This document shows, piece by piece, positions 26,656 through 34,223 of a stretch of 45,742 nt of DNA. A model generated the notes under the pieces. The model saw nothing but the letters and a program-made list of their open reading frames with translations, ran no database searches and was not told where the DNA came from. How positions within the stretch are numbered: the stretch's first letter is position 1; every line of letters starts with the position of its first letter. The DNA is taken from assembly GCA_964533515.1 (NCBI GenBank), contig CAZHMB010000003.1:1-45742 (forward strand), in the 5' to 3' direction. A program made the translations under genes and the position numbers. This DNA is from Candidatus Woesearchaeota archaeon. Its GTDB lineage: Archaea; Nanobdellota; Nanobdellia; Pacearchaeales; GW2011-AR1.

Positions 26656-26799
26656 ATGACAGAAGAAAATTGTATATTTGTGAAATGCCCGAAATGCGAT
26701 TCTGGTAGATTACTTCCATTCTCGTTCAAAGATGACGTCTTTGAAAAATGGAAATGTTCAAACCCCGATTGCGATTTCGAAGTTCTAAAAAGGGAATAA
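26656..26799 (+). CDS. Unlisted 47-aa zinc-ribbon protein
   Basis: A GGAGG box sits 9 nt upstream. Translation: MTEENCIFVKCPKCDSGRLLPFSFKDDVFEKWKCSNPDCDFEVLKRE*, with CPKC ... CSNPDC. Confidence 0.5.
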   Translation: MTEENCIFVKCPKCDSGRLLPFSFKDDVFEKWKCSNPDCDFEVLKRE

Positions 26800-26805
26800 A
26801 AATAA

Positions 26806-27774
26806 TCAAAAAGGAACTTCATCTTCGGGTTCTTCTTTTTTCTCAGTTCTTTCCAAATATTCGCTTCTTTGCTGAAAAAGATCTGTTAACAACAAATCAT
26901 CTAGAATTCTCTTGTGCTCAGAATAAAAATGCCGCAACCATTCAGCCCTATCTTCCAAACTAAGATTAATTCTTGCGACCGGAAATCCGGGCATCTCTGT
27001 ATCCCTTCCACAATAAGAAACTTTTCTAGTAGGAACCATAGATTGTTCAACACTCATTCTATCCAAAAAACAATCTTCAACTTCAATATTCTTAAAATGT
27101 TGTTGCCCGTTTGGGGATTCTCTTAAAAATCCTAAAAAATCCTGCCCTTCAAAAGCAAGATCAAAAGAACTCAAAAGAAACCCCCAATATAATTCAGAAT
27201 CCCTACCAAAATTTGATTTAGTGTGATTCATTACTTCATGACGAGAACGTGAATAAAGTAAAAGCGCAAGTGGAAGGGGAAATGTAACAAGTTTTTTTGG
27301 CATTTGAGCCAATGTAGAAACCATTTTTCCTTTTGTCGATTTAAGAAAACTAACCCCGTCTCTTCTTTTACCATAACCATAAACATGATATTCATGACTC
27401 GGCATCTCCTGACCTTCTTCTAATCTTCCAAGAAGAGAAGAACAAGCATTCTCTAATTGCTTCAAAGGACACAAGGGTCTTGATCTTTTCCTTGACATTG
27501 ATTTAACCTCAGTGGTTAAAATTCCCCCTTCTTTTTTATCAATAATATCCGGACAAAAACATCTTGAATATCTTTTATTTTCAGTTATTTCAATAGCCTC
27601 CCAAACCCCCTCATGTGTTTTCCCCCCATAAAGATGTTGACTTAAACAAGAAAAAAACCTCCCGATATTTTTCTTTACACCATGAGCCCTCACACGATAA
27701 TCTCTTCTCCCCTTTATTAAAACCGGTTTGGGAACCTCTTTTAATTTCGGTCTAAAAACCTCACTCATCTTCAA
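26806..27774 (-). CDS. PD-(D/E)xK nuclease-fold-like orphan protein (322 aa)
   Basis: CFCPDIIDKKEGGILTTEVKS contains a D-x13-E-x-K arrangement after a beta-like segment. It overlaps the upstream ORF by 14 nt. No family recognised. Confidence 0.5.
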   Translation of the reverse strand: MKMSEVFRPKLKEVPKPVLIKGRRDYRVRAHGVKKNIGRFFSCLSQHLYGGKTHEGVWEAIEITENKRYSRCFCPDIIDKKEGGILTTEVKSMSRKRSRPLCPLKQLENACSSLLGRLEEGQEMPSHEYHVYGYGKRRDGVSFLKSTKGKMVSTLAQMPKKLVTFPLPLALLLYSRSRHEVMNHTKSNFGRDSELYWGFLLSSFDLAFEGQDFLGFLRESPNGQQHFKNIEVEDCFLDRMSVEQSMVPTRKVSYCGRDTEMPGFPVARINLSLEDRAEWLRHFYSEHKRILDDLLLTDLFQQRSEYLERTEKKEEPEDEVPF

Positions 27775-29134
27775 ACTCCAACCTCAATTTACCTTGATTC
27801 TTGTCCTTCGTCCAATTTCTTGCTCTTTTTTTCTCCAATAATCCCCGAGCATATTCTGGATCAAGCTCCGCTAATTTAGAAATGTGAAATCTCAAAAGAC
27901 CATCTTTAAAAGTATAATCTTCTCCGCAACATGAAACCCCCTCGACTAATCCTTCAAATCCCTGACGCAAATTTTCATCAACTCTACAAAAATCGCAATA
28001 TTCCCAATCGCCAACAGCTCCACAAACACCTACCCCTTCATCAACCAAGTTCTGAAAATCCGGATGCATCTCTGCAGGAATCCATGTGTTTTTCCCTTTC
28101 TTTCTATAAATTGGTTTTTCTTCTAAAAAATCATCCTTATATCTATCGCTTCCATCCAAATTTTTTCCATCACAAACTTTCTCTAATCTAGAACCTTTCT
28201 TTATCTCCTCCCACGATCTACACAAAAGCTTATCTGCAGTTTTTTTATCATCAGCTCTAACGGTTATCAATCTCAATGGGATGCCATATTTCTCTCTAGC
28301 TTCTAAAGCTTCTCTAACAACCGAACCTCTCTTCGCATTGTCATCAATCGATTGCGCTAAATCCGCCACAAGAGTCAAATCTGCGGGAACGCCATTCAAG
28401 AAATAATTCACTGCTTGTCTAATTCTCCAAAGATTTGAAAACCCCTGAGAAATTGCTCCCGATTCAACATCCAAGCTTTCCCATCCTAAGCTGTAATGAA
28501 GGAAAACTCTTCTTTCTCTAAGTTTCTCGGCCATTTCTTTCCCAGATAACATCTCAACACTTTCAACAACATTCCCTTTTCTGTATCTAACTAAATTTCG
28601 AGATAACTCTGCAACAACGGGATTTCCCCTACGGGCATGTTCTCTTGTTTCCAAAGCACCTTCCAAACCAAAAGGCAACATCTTCGTCGGAAGAATAAAT
28701 CCCGAACCAAATTCAGAACACATCTCTGTAAAATCCATTAGAACCGGATAATAATACGGATGCCCACATTCAACATTCTTTCCACCCCTTACAACTAACG
28801 GACGCTGCTTTTCAAAAGTTTTTTTAGTCTCTTTATCAACAACTCTCGGAGTCACCTTCCCAGTATTATATTCTGCATAACAATAAATACATCTCTTATT
28901 TATTCTTCCCTGTTCCTTATAGATTTCAAAATTCCCGGGGGCATAAACTCCCCTATTATCAATAACTTCCTTCAAGAGATCAACATCCACTTGCGCGATA
29001 CAAGCCCTCGCAAAATCAACGTTGTTCCAATTTAAACAAACCATTTCAACACTGCTATCAGGCATGACCATCTTTACGCTCGGTCCTTTTCCTCCCCATG
29101 AAAGTTTAACAGAATCTACTGATGCTCTCGCCAT
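27761..29134 (-). CDS. Radical-SAM/SplB-like TIM-barrel protein with incomplete Cys triad plus C-terminal Cys cluster
   Basis: GRINKRCIYCYAEY aligns with the CxxxCxYCYA of COG1533-type radical SAM enzymes, but Ile replaces the first Cys. Later blocks GKNVECGHPYY, FILPTKML, LHYSLGWESLDVESGA and RIRQAVNYFLNGVP follow the same fold order. The C-terminus carries CGAVGDWEYCDFC...SCC. I prefer the start at ATG 29134, which leaves a 97-nt divergent spacer. Confidence 0.45.
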   Translation of the reverse strand: MARASVDSVKLSWGGKGPSVKMVMPDSSVEMVCLNWNNVDFARACIAQVDVDLLKEVIDNRGVYAPGNFEIYKEQGRINKRCIYCYAEYNTGKVTPRVVDKETKKTFEKQRPLVVRGGKNVECGHPYYYPVLMDFTEMCSEFGSGFILPTKMLPFGLEGALETREHARRGNPVVAELSRNLVRYRKGNVVESVEMLSGKEMAEKLRERRVFLHYSLGWESLDVESGAISQGFSNLWRIRQAVNYFLNGVPADLTLVADLAQSIDDNAKRGSVVREALEAREKYGIPLRLITVRADDKKTADKLLCRSWEEIKKGSRLEKVCDGKNLDGSDRYKDDFLEEKPIYRKKGKNTWIPAEMHPDFQNLVDEGVGVCGAVGDWEYCDFCRVDENLRQGFEGLVEGVSCCGEDYTFKDGLLRFHISKLAELDPEYARGLLEKKRARNWTKDKNQGKLRLEFEDE

Positions 29135-29231
29135 AAAAACCCTACAAAATTCCAATTTAAAAATACTTATATTCAAAAAGCGATACTTCAAGAATCCCAA
29201 AACTTATAAACTAATTATTTTTGTCTTTAAC

Positions 29232-29648
29232 ATGACAAAAGATAAATATGAAGAACTTCTAGAGAAAGCTTACAGCAAAGTAGAATCAAAAGTTGAAAAC
29301 GGAGAAAGATTCGAAATCCCGAAAATCGAAGGCCATTTCCAAGGTAAAAAAACAATTCTAACAAACTTCATTCAATTAGCAAACCATCTAAGAAGGTCTT
29401 CAGAACAATTACAGAAATTCTTATTAAGAGAACTTGCAGCAGCAGGAGTCATCGAAGGAGAACGGCTCGTTCTAAACAAAAATGTCCCAAGTGCGAAAAT
29501 AAACGAAAAAATAGAACAATACGCAAACGAATTCGTCCTCTGTAAAGAATGCAAAAAACCCGACACCGAAATAATCAAACAAGGCCGAATCAACCTTCTT
29601 CATTGCCTCGCTTGCGGAGCAAAGCACCCAATTAGAGGAAAAATCTAA
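29232..29648 (+). CDS. eif2b: Translation initiation factor aIF2 beta subunit
   Basis: MTKDKYEELLEKAY...RFEIPKIEG...FLLRELAAAG...FVLCKECKKPDTEIIKQGRINLLHCLACGA includes the C4 zinc finger. The listed ORF's 70-aa N-terminal extension is rejected. Confidence 0.93.
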   Translation: MTKDKYEELLEKAYSKVESKVENGERFEIPKIEGHFQGKKTILTNFIQLANHLRRSSEQLQKFLLRELAAAGVIEGERLVLNKNVPSAKINEKIEQYANEFVLCKECKKPDTEIIKQGRINLLHCLACGAKHPIRGKI

Positions 29649-29734
29649 ATCCCCCTCGTCCAAAGCTTTAAAAATCCGCATTTCTTTAGGAAATCGTTCA
29701 TAAGAACAAAATAAATTCACAAAGGAGGAAAAAT

Positions 29735-29935
29735 ATGACAATAAAAGGATACTGCGTTGTTTGTAAGGAAAAAGGAGTCCCTATGAAAGATGCAAAAATA
29801 TCAAAAACTTCAAGAGGCGGGTACATCGCAAAAGGTATTTGTACTAAGTGTAACAAGACAAAAATGTGTGCAATGATGTCAAAGGAAAACGCTGAGAAAG
29901 CTATGGCATCTGGCGAAGCAAAGAAGGACTTTTAA
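29735..29935 (+). CDS. Small zinc-ribbon protein (DUF5679-like, from memory)
   Basis: CVVCKEK...CTKCNK, with a basic/acidic tail and a GGAGG box upstream. Confidence 0.55.
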   Translation: MTIKGYCVVCKEKGVPMKDAKISKTSRGGYIAKGICTKCNKTKMCAMMSKENAEKAMASGEAKKDF

Positions 29936-29971
29936 TTTTATTTTTATTCTCTTTTTTTTATTTTTTCTATT

Positions 29972-30047
29972 GCCTTCTGAGGTTTACTCCGTAGCTTGCT
30001 ACGGCGAAGAAGGGAATGCATAAGAATTTCCATTCTTAGGAAATTCT
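29972..30047 (+). ncRNA. Two-hairpin structured element bracketed by T-rich direct repeats (candidate small RNA or terminator)
   Basis: Outer stem CCTTCT/AGAAGG encloses CCGTAG-CTTG-CTACGG. A 10-bp hairpin AAGAATTTCC-ATTCTTA-GGAAATTCTT follows. Flanks are CTC-T8-A-T6 (29948..29965) and CTC-T9-A-T6 (30053..30071). Confidence 0.3.
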
Positions 30048-30110
30048 TTTCATCTCTTTTTTTTATTTTTTATCAACAAACTTTAAAAGTCCGGTTATTT
30101 CTCTTAAAAT

Positions 30111-30428
30111 ATGCAAGTTAACATCATAAAATCCTACAGAGAAGTTATAGCTATCTGTGACACTGAACTGATAGGCAAAAAATTCCAACAAGAAAACCCC
30201 TCTGACAAAGAACACAATCTTTTGCTAGATGTTAAAGAATCTTTCTACAAGGGCGAAGAAAAGACAAAAGAAGAAACAATAACGATAATGCAATTTCATT
30301 CAAAAGAAGACGCAACATTCAATATCGCCGGAAAAGAATCAATACAAACGGCTATTGAAGCAGGAATTATATCTGAAAAGGCCGTTGGAAAAATTCAAGG
30401 GATTCCTTATGCTTTAATCTTGTGTTGA
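30111..30428 (+). CDS. DUF424-like archaeal protein
   Basis: EVIAICDTELIGKKF...LLDVKESFYKGEE...NIAGKESIQTAIEAGII...IQGIPYALI follows my recollection of the DUF424 consensus. Confidence 0.6.
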   Translation: MQVNIIKSYREVIAICDTELIGKKFQQENPSDKEHNLLLDVKESFYKGEEKTKEETITIMQFHSKEDATFNIAGKESIQTAIEAGIISEKAVGKIQGIPYALILC

Positions 30429-30482
30429 AAGTATATCTTTCATCACACATTTATTTTTAAATATAAAATACAAAAAGAGATT

Positions 30483-31037
30483 ATGGAAATATCGGCAATA
30501 ACTTTCATTGGAAAGGATTTAGATCTATCAAGATTTGATGCTATGAAACAACTTTCTCCTCCAAGAATTATGTTTAAAACACCGATAGTTATATTTACCC
30601 CAAGAGCATTAAATGAGCCGGGACGAGGGGCATATAATGAAGGAATCCTATCCCATTCAACATTTGATGGGACCGAAGAAGAATTCAGATCTGAACTAGA
30701 AAATTATCTAATTGAAACCGCCGGTGTTCTTGAAAAAGCTTATTGCGAGGCCATGCATGGAAAAGACCCACAACTTGAGGCAGGATTACACCACCACCAA
30801 ATAGCAAGAGAAATAAATCCCCCACCTGGAAGCAACGTTCATTATCAACCTTATTTTGAAATATTGGAAACGTCAGAACCCCCATTAATTAATTCTCGCT
30901 ACTTAACTAAAGGAGCCGATCTTATTGAAAAAACAAGGCTCGCTAGAATTAACCAAGCAACCCTCAGTGCTCACGCAAGATCTGTTAATGACCTAGCCCG
31001 TCTAGCGGGAGATTATCTAAAGGCCCAGGAGCAGTAG
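30483..31037 (+). CDS. Orphan protein (184 aa)
   Basis: Clean ORF rich in P/H/G/R, inserted between the DUF424 gene and aIF1A. No family recognised. Confidence 0.6.
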   Translation: MEISAITFIGKDLDLSRFDAMKQLSPPRIMFKTPIVIFTPRALNEPGRGAYNEGILSHSTFDGTEEEFRSELENYLIETAGVLEKAYCEAMHGKDPQLEAGLHHHQIAREINPPPGSNVHYQPYFEILETSEPPLINSRYLTKGADLIEKTRLARINQATLSAHARSVNDLARLAGDYLKAQEQ

Positions 31038-31082
31038 ATAAAATTCCATCAAACTTATAAACCTTTTAATTCTAAATTTAAT

Positions 31083-31427
31083 ATGGCTAAAAGCATGAAA
31101 CAACAAGAGCAGGAAAAAGCCGCTCAACAAGCTAGTCAAGGCCCCATAAGAGTGAGACTTCCAAAACCACCTCAAATGTTGGGCCTAATTGACCAGCGAC
31201 TTGGTGGAAACAAGATGCTCGTTACATGTAGCGACGGCAAAACAAGAAACTGTAGGGTCCCAGGAAGATTAAAAAGATACTTATGGCTCAGGCCTGGAGA
31301 TGTTGTAATAATAGAGCCTTGGGAATTAGACAATACCAAAGGAGACGTTCTTTTCAAATACAAACCAGGCCAAGCAGACTGGATAAAAAGGAACGGTTAT
31401 CTTGAAACAGAAAAAACAGAATTTTAG
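31083..31427 (+). CDS. eif1a: Translation initiation factor aIF1A
   Basis: The S1-like OB core is MLGLIDQRLGGNKMLVTCSDGKTRNCRVPGRLKRYLWLRPGDVVIIEPWE...KGDVLFKY. Confidence 0.93.
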   Translation: MAKSMKQQEQEKAAQQASQGPIRVRLPKPPQMLGLIDQRLGGNKMLVTCSDGKTRNCRVPGRLKRYLWLRPGDVVIIEPWELDNTKGDVLFKYKPGQADWIKRNGYLETEKTEF

Positions 31428-31433
31428 ATAAAA

Positions 31434-31727
31434 ATGAAAAATCTTAAAGATATTCAAGAACATTATGATTTGCAATTTAATGAAATAGAAAAACAAATAA
31501 AATCTTCAAAAGCAAAAAGAATCTTATTGCAATTCCCTGACGGCCTCAAAAGTTATTCTCTTGCTATTGAAAACTATCTAAAAACAAAGTTTCCAAACGT
31601 TGATTTCTTAATTTGGTTTGGAACTTGCTACGGTGCTTGCGACACTCCGATACTCCCAAAAGATTTAGAGAAAAAAATAGATCTAACAATTCAATTTGGA
31701 CACTCCGAACTTCAGCCACAATATTAG
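31434..31727 (+). pseudogene. dph2: Truncated dph2 (diphthamide synthesis): only the first ~95 of ~330 residues
   Basis: AKRILLQFPDGLKSYSLAIENYL...FGTCYGACDTPILPKDLEKKIDLTIQFGHS matches the N-terminal Dph2 block (vlLQfPdGL...yGaCd...HfGHS). The ORF then stops at SELQPQY*. No continuation is seen in any frame before 31884. Confidence 0.7.
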
Positions 31728-31795
31728 GAGTTGGGAGCATCTAGAAATCTTTGATTTATGGTGTTGTGAGATGATGCTGAGGTATTAAATAACAA

Positions 31796-31854
31796 GTTTC
31801 ACTTTTTTGAAACTATAAAAAGAAGGGTTTCACTTTTTTGAAACTATAAAAAGA
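31796..31854 (+). promoter_or_regulatory. Tandem duplicated promoter/operator: 2 x 28 nt, each with a palindrome and a TATA box
   Basis: GTTTCACTTTTTTGAAACTATAAAAAGA occurs at 31796..31823 and again at 31827..31854, both perfect copies. Each contains GTTTCA-N6-TGAAAC followed by TATAAAAA. The second TATA lies about 35 nt upstream of the ATG at 31884. Confidence 0.6.
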
Positions 31855-31883
31855 TTTAAAAACTAAAAATTTCTAATTCATCT

Positions 31884-32342
31884 ATGAACAAAAGGGTAAA
31901 TTATATAATCCTCGCAATATCGTCCCTATCCTTTATAGCCCTTGTAATATCAATTAGTTTATTATTGGGGGAACATTTTCAAGTTGAATCATGTGCATGT
32001 CCAAAGATGGTAAGCCAAAACTTTATCGCACTCTTCATAATCCTTTCAATTATATTCGTGGGTGGACTAATTTATTACCTTTTATCATTACAAATAGAAA
32101 AAAAGGAGAAAAAAGTAAAATTCAACATAGAGACTGTAAAAAAGTTCCTTGACAAGGATGAAAATTTAGTATTAAATCAATTAGATAAAAATAATGGGGA
32201 AATATTTCAATCGCGATTAAAAGGGAATAAAGTAAGAGTCTCTAGAGCATTAAAAAAATTAAAAGAGAAAGATATTGTAAAAATTGAAAAACATAACAAA
32301 CAAAATAAAATAAAACTGAATAAACATTTTATATTCAAATGA
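31884..32342 (+). CDS. Membrane-anchored winged-helix (MarR/ArsR-like) protein
   Basis: Two TM helices flank an outward loop containing ESCACPK. The cytoplasmic C-terminal wHTH is LVLNQLDKNNGEIFQSRLKGNKVRVSRALKKLKEKDIVKIE. Confidence 0.6.
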   Translation: MNKRVNYIILAISSLSFIALVISISLLLGEHFQVESCACPKMVSQNFIALFIILSIIFVGGLIYYLLSLQIEKKEKKVKFNIETVKKFLDKDENLVLNQLDKNNGEIFQSRLKGNKVRVSRALKKLKEKDIVKIEKHNKQNKIKLNKHFIFK

Positions 32343-32692
32343 AAGAAATAAAAAAATCAGAGATATGGTCTCTCGCCATAATCATAATAATTCTTCTTTT
32401 GGCTTTTGGCATAATCTATTTTCCAAAGAACACTGTAACTCCAGAAAAAGAAACTGCAATATGCATAGGAGAAAACGCAATATTCTATACTCAAATAGGA
32501 TGCCATTATTGTGGGATACAAGAAGAGATGTTTGGAGAAAATTCTCAATATTTAGATATATTCTTATGTAATAATAATTGGACAAAATGCAGAGAAGCTG
32601 AAATCCGCGGGACACCTTCATGGGAAATCAATGGAAAGCTATACTCTGGGGTCCAATCAATTGAGAAATTAAAAACATTGACAAATTGCTAA
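32339..32692 (+). CDS. Membrane-anchored thioredoxin-like protein (VKOR-associated Trx type)
   Basis: N-terminal TM helix, then FYTQIGCHYCGIQEEMFG...FLCNNNWTKCREAEIRGTPSWEINGKLYSGVQSIEKL. This parallels the CxxC...C...C...PTW-x-ING Trx domain fused to VKOR homologs. Confidence 0.75.
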   Translation: MKEIKKSEIWSLAIIIIILLLAFGIIYFPKNTVTPEKETAICIGENAIFYTQIGCHYCGIQEEMFGENSQYLDIFLCNNNWTKCREAEIRGTPSWEINGKLYSGVQSIEKLKTLTNC

Positions 32693-32693
32693 A

Positions 32694-33398
32694 ATGGCAG
32701 AACTAACAAACTTACTGAGAATAACAACCCTGGCTCTTGCGGACTCTGTTAATCCATGTGCAATAGCCGTTTTAACAATGGTCCTTGTTTCCATTTTAAT
32801 ACAAAATCCGGACAAACGGAAAAAAATCCTTGCAGCCGGTTTGAGCTTCACCGCAGCAATCTATATCGGTTACATGTTCTACGGAGTAATTATTGTTCAA
32901 ATATTCAGTACCTTTGCAAATTTTCTAAGAGAAAATTCGGGTTATGTGTATAACGGGCTTGCAATTTTAGCGATGATTATCGGTGCTTTAAATATTAAAG
33001 ATTTTTTTGTTTATCGTCCAGGTTCAACAGGAACTGAAATGCCCTTGTTTATGAGACCAAAAATTAAAAAGATAATAAACAGAATAACCTCTCCGGGCGG
33101 GGCGTTCATAATAGGTTTCCTTGTGACGATCTTTCTACTTCCCTGTACAATCGGGCCATACGTTGTAGTGTCGGGGCTCTTATCCGAAATTGGGATATTA
33201 AAAGCTATTCCGTGGCTTTTATATTACAATATAATTTTTGTAATCCCCATGATAGTTATAACTCTAATTGTTTATTGGGGTTTCGCAAAAGTCCAAGACG
33301 TCTCAGGATGGAAAGAAAGAAATATTAAAAAATTACATTTAATCGCAGGCATATTATTGTTCTTAGTTGGTATCGCTTTGTTAGCCGGTTGGTTATAG
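32694..33398 (+). CDS. ccdA: CcdA/DsbD-family thiol:disulfide electron-transfer membrane protein
   Basis: LALADSVNPCAIAVL and FLLPCTIGPY are the two conserved Cys-containing half-site motifs. About 6 TM helices. Confidence 0.85.
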   Translation: MAELTNLLRITTLALADSVNPCAIAVLTMVLVSILIQNPDKRKKILAAGLSFTAAIYIGYMFYGVIIVQIFSTFANFLRENSGYVYNGLAILAMIIGALNIKDFFVYRPGSTGTEMPLFMRPKIKKIINRITSPGGAFIIGFLVTIFLLPCTIGPYVVVSGLLSEIGILKAIPWLLYYNIIFVIPMIVITLIVYWGFAKVQDVSGWKERNIKKLHLIAGILLFLVGIALLAGWL

Positions 33399-33480
33399 GA
33401 TTATTCTTCCGGGATTTCCCAAAGAGAATTTTCTGAGGTCCGTCTTGCTTCTACTTCCAATTGTCTCGCTGAATCTGACC

Positions 33481-33672
33481 TTACTTTTTTCTCAAGACCG
33501 TGTTTCTCAGCATAATTATCAAAAAACCCCCCAGAGAAAAATCCGTTCTAGAACCAAAAGCCCCCATACAAAATTCTTCATAACACGGAACACAAACAGA
33601 AATCTCATACCTTCCAGATTTAAAAGAATCCCTTGTCACTTCACCACAACTATGACATTTTTCTCCAGACAT
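33481..33672 (-). CDS. Small zinc-ribbon protein with hydrophobic C-terminus
   Basis: CHSCG ... CVPC, then GGFLIIML. It is the last gene of the 34634..33481 orphan string. Confidence 0.4.
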   Translation of the reverse strand: MSGEKCHSCGEVTRDSFKSGRYEISVCVPCYEEFCMGAFGSRTDFSLGGFLIIMLRNTVLRKK

Positions 33673-33699
33673 TTTTATTTTAATAAAATTTAATAAACA

Positions 33700-33900
33700 T
33701 CACCCTAAACAAACAGAACCTCTACCAGCTTCAATAATCAAATCTCTAGATCCAACAACATCTTCTTCAGTAAGCTCACCTGCCATAGAATCATCATAAC
33801 GAGATCGGGCTTCACTTTGAGAAGCCAAAAAATATTTTCTCCATCTTCTAATACTTTCAAGAGGAGGGAGATTTTTATTTACAGGTACGTATTCTATCAT
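33700..33900 (-). CDS. Orphan protein (66 aa)
   Basis: The internal ATG at 33900 lies 1 nt after the stop of the PC4-like gene (TAA-A-ATGA). Translation begins MIEYVPVNKNLPPLESIRRWRKYFLASQSEARSRYDD... Confidence 0.4.
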   Translation of the reverse strand: MIEYVPVNKNLPPLESIRRWRKYFLASQSEARSRYDDSMAGELTEEDVVGSRDLIIEAGRGSVCLG

Positions 33901-33901
33901 T

Positions 33902-34201
33902 TTAATAATCTGGCAAGGTTTCTTGCTCAGCATCCGGTTTTTTCTCAATTGGCTTTTCAGACGGAGCTTCACCACCATCAGCAGGCTGAGCCATTTCTTC
34001 TTCAGAAACTGAATTAATCATTTCTTTAAACTTTGGAAAATCAGCAGCTAAAATTCTAACGCCCGCTTTTGTAAAACCAGTATATCTATCACTTGTAACA
34101 AATTCTCGAACAGTCAACCCTCGCTTACCACCAAAATCATCAACTCTAATAACAATATCAGACTGATCATTCTTAGAAATTTTCCCTATATCTTTTTCCA
34201 T
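33902..34201 (-). CDS. PC4/YdbC-like single-stranded-DNA-binding domain protein with acidic tail
   Basis: DIVIRVDDFGGKRGLTVREFVTSDRYTGFTKAGVRILAADFPKFKEMI follows the PC4 pattern (beta strands around G-K-x-x-h-D/T-h-R-E-a, then K-G-h-x-h). The tail is acidic and Pro-rich. Confidence 0.6.
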   Translation of the reverse strand: MEKDIGKISKNDQSDIVIRVDDFGGKRGLTVREFVTSDRYTGFTKAGVRILAADFPKFKEMINSVSEEEMAQPADGGEAPSEKPIEKKPDAEQETLPDY

Positions 34202-34223
34202 AAATTATTCAAAGAAAAGACCT

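Noticed and set aside
27761-29134. Calling the 457-aa protein a bona fide radical SAM enzyme
   Set aside because: The CX3CX2C triad is incomplete (Ile at the first Cys position). Only fold-level resemblance is claimed.
29022-29231. 70-residue N-terminal extension of the aIF2-beta ORF
   Set aside because: The extension is hydrophobic and low-complexity, and it overlaps the divergent gene's 5' region. aIF2-beta homology begins at MTKDKYEELL (ATG 29232).
31765-31785. C/D-box-like string GTGAGATGATGCTGAGG
   Set aside because: The UGAUG and CUGA elements are adjacent, with no guide region and no second box pair. It is too short for a C/D sRNA.
31796-31854. Possible CRISPR-like repeat
   Set aside because: There are only two copies, separated by 3 nt with no spacers. 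Each contains a TATA box in front of a gene, so it is a duplicated promoter rather than a CRISPR array.
33445-33693. Listed 82-aa plus-strand ORF
   Set aside because: It is a low-complexity S/T/R/F-rich shadow of the minus-strand CxxC...CxxC zinc-ribbon ORF 33481..33672.
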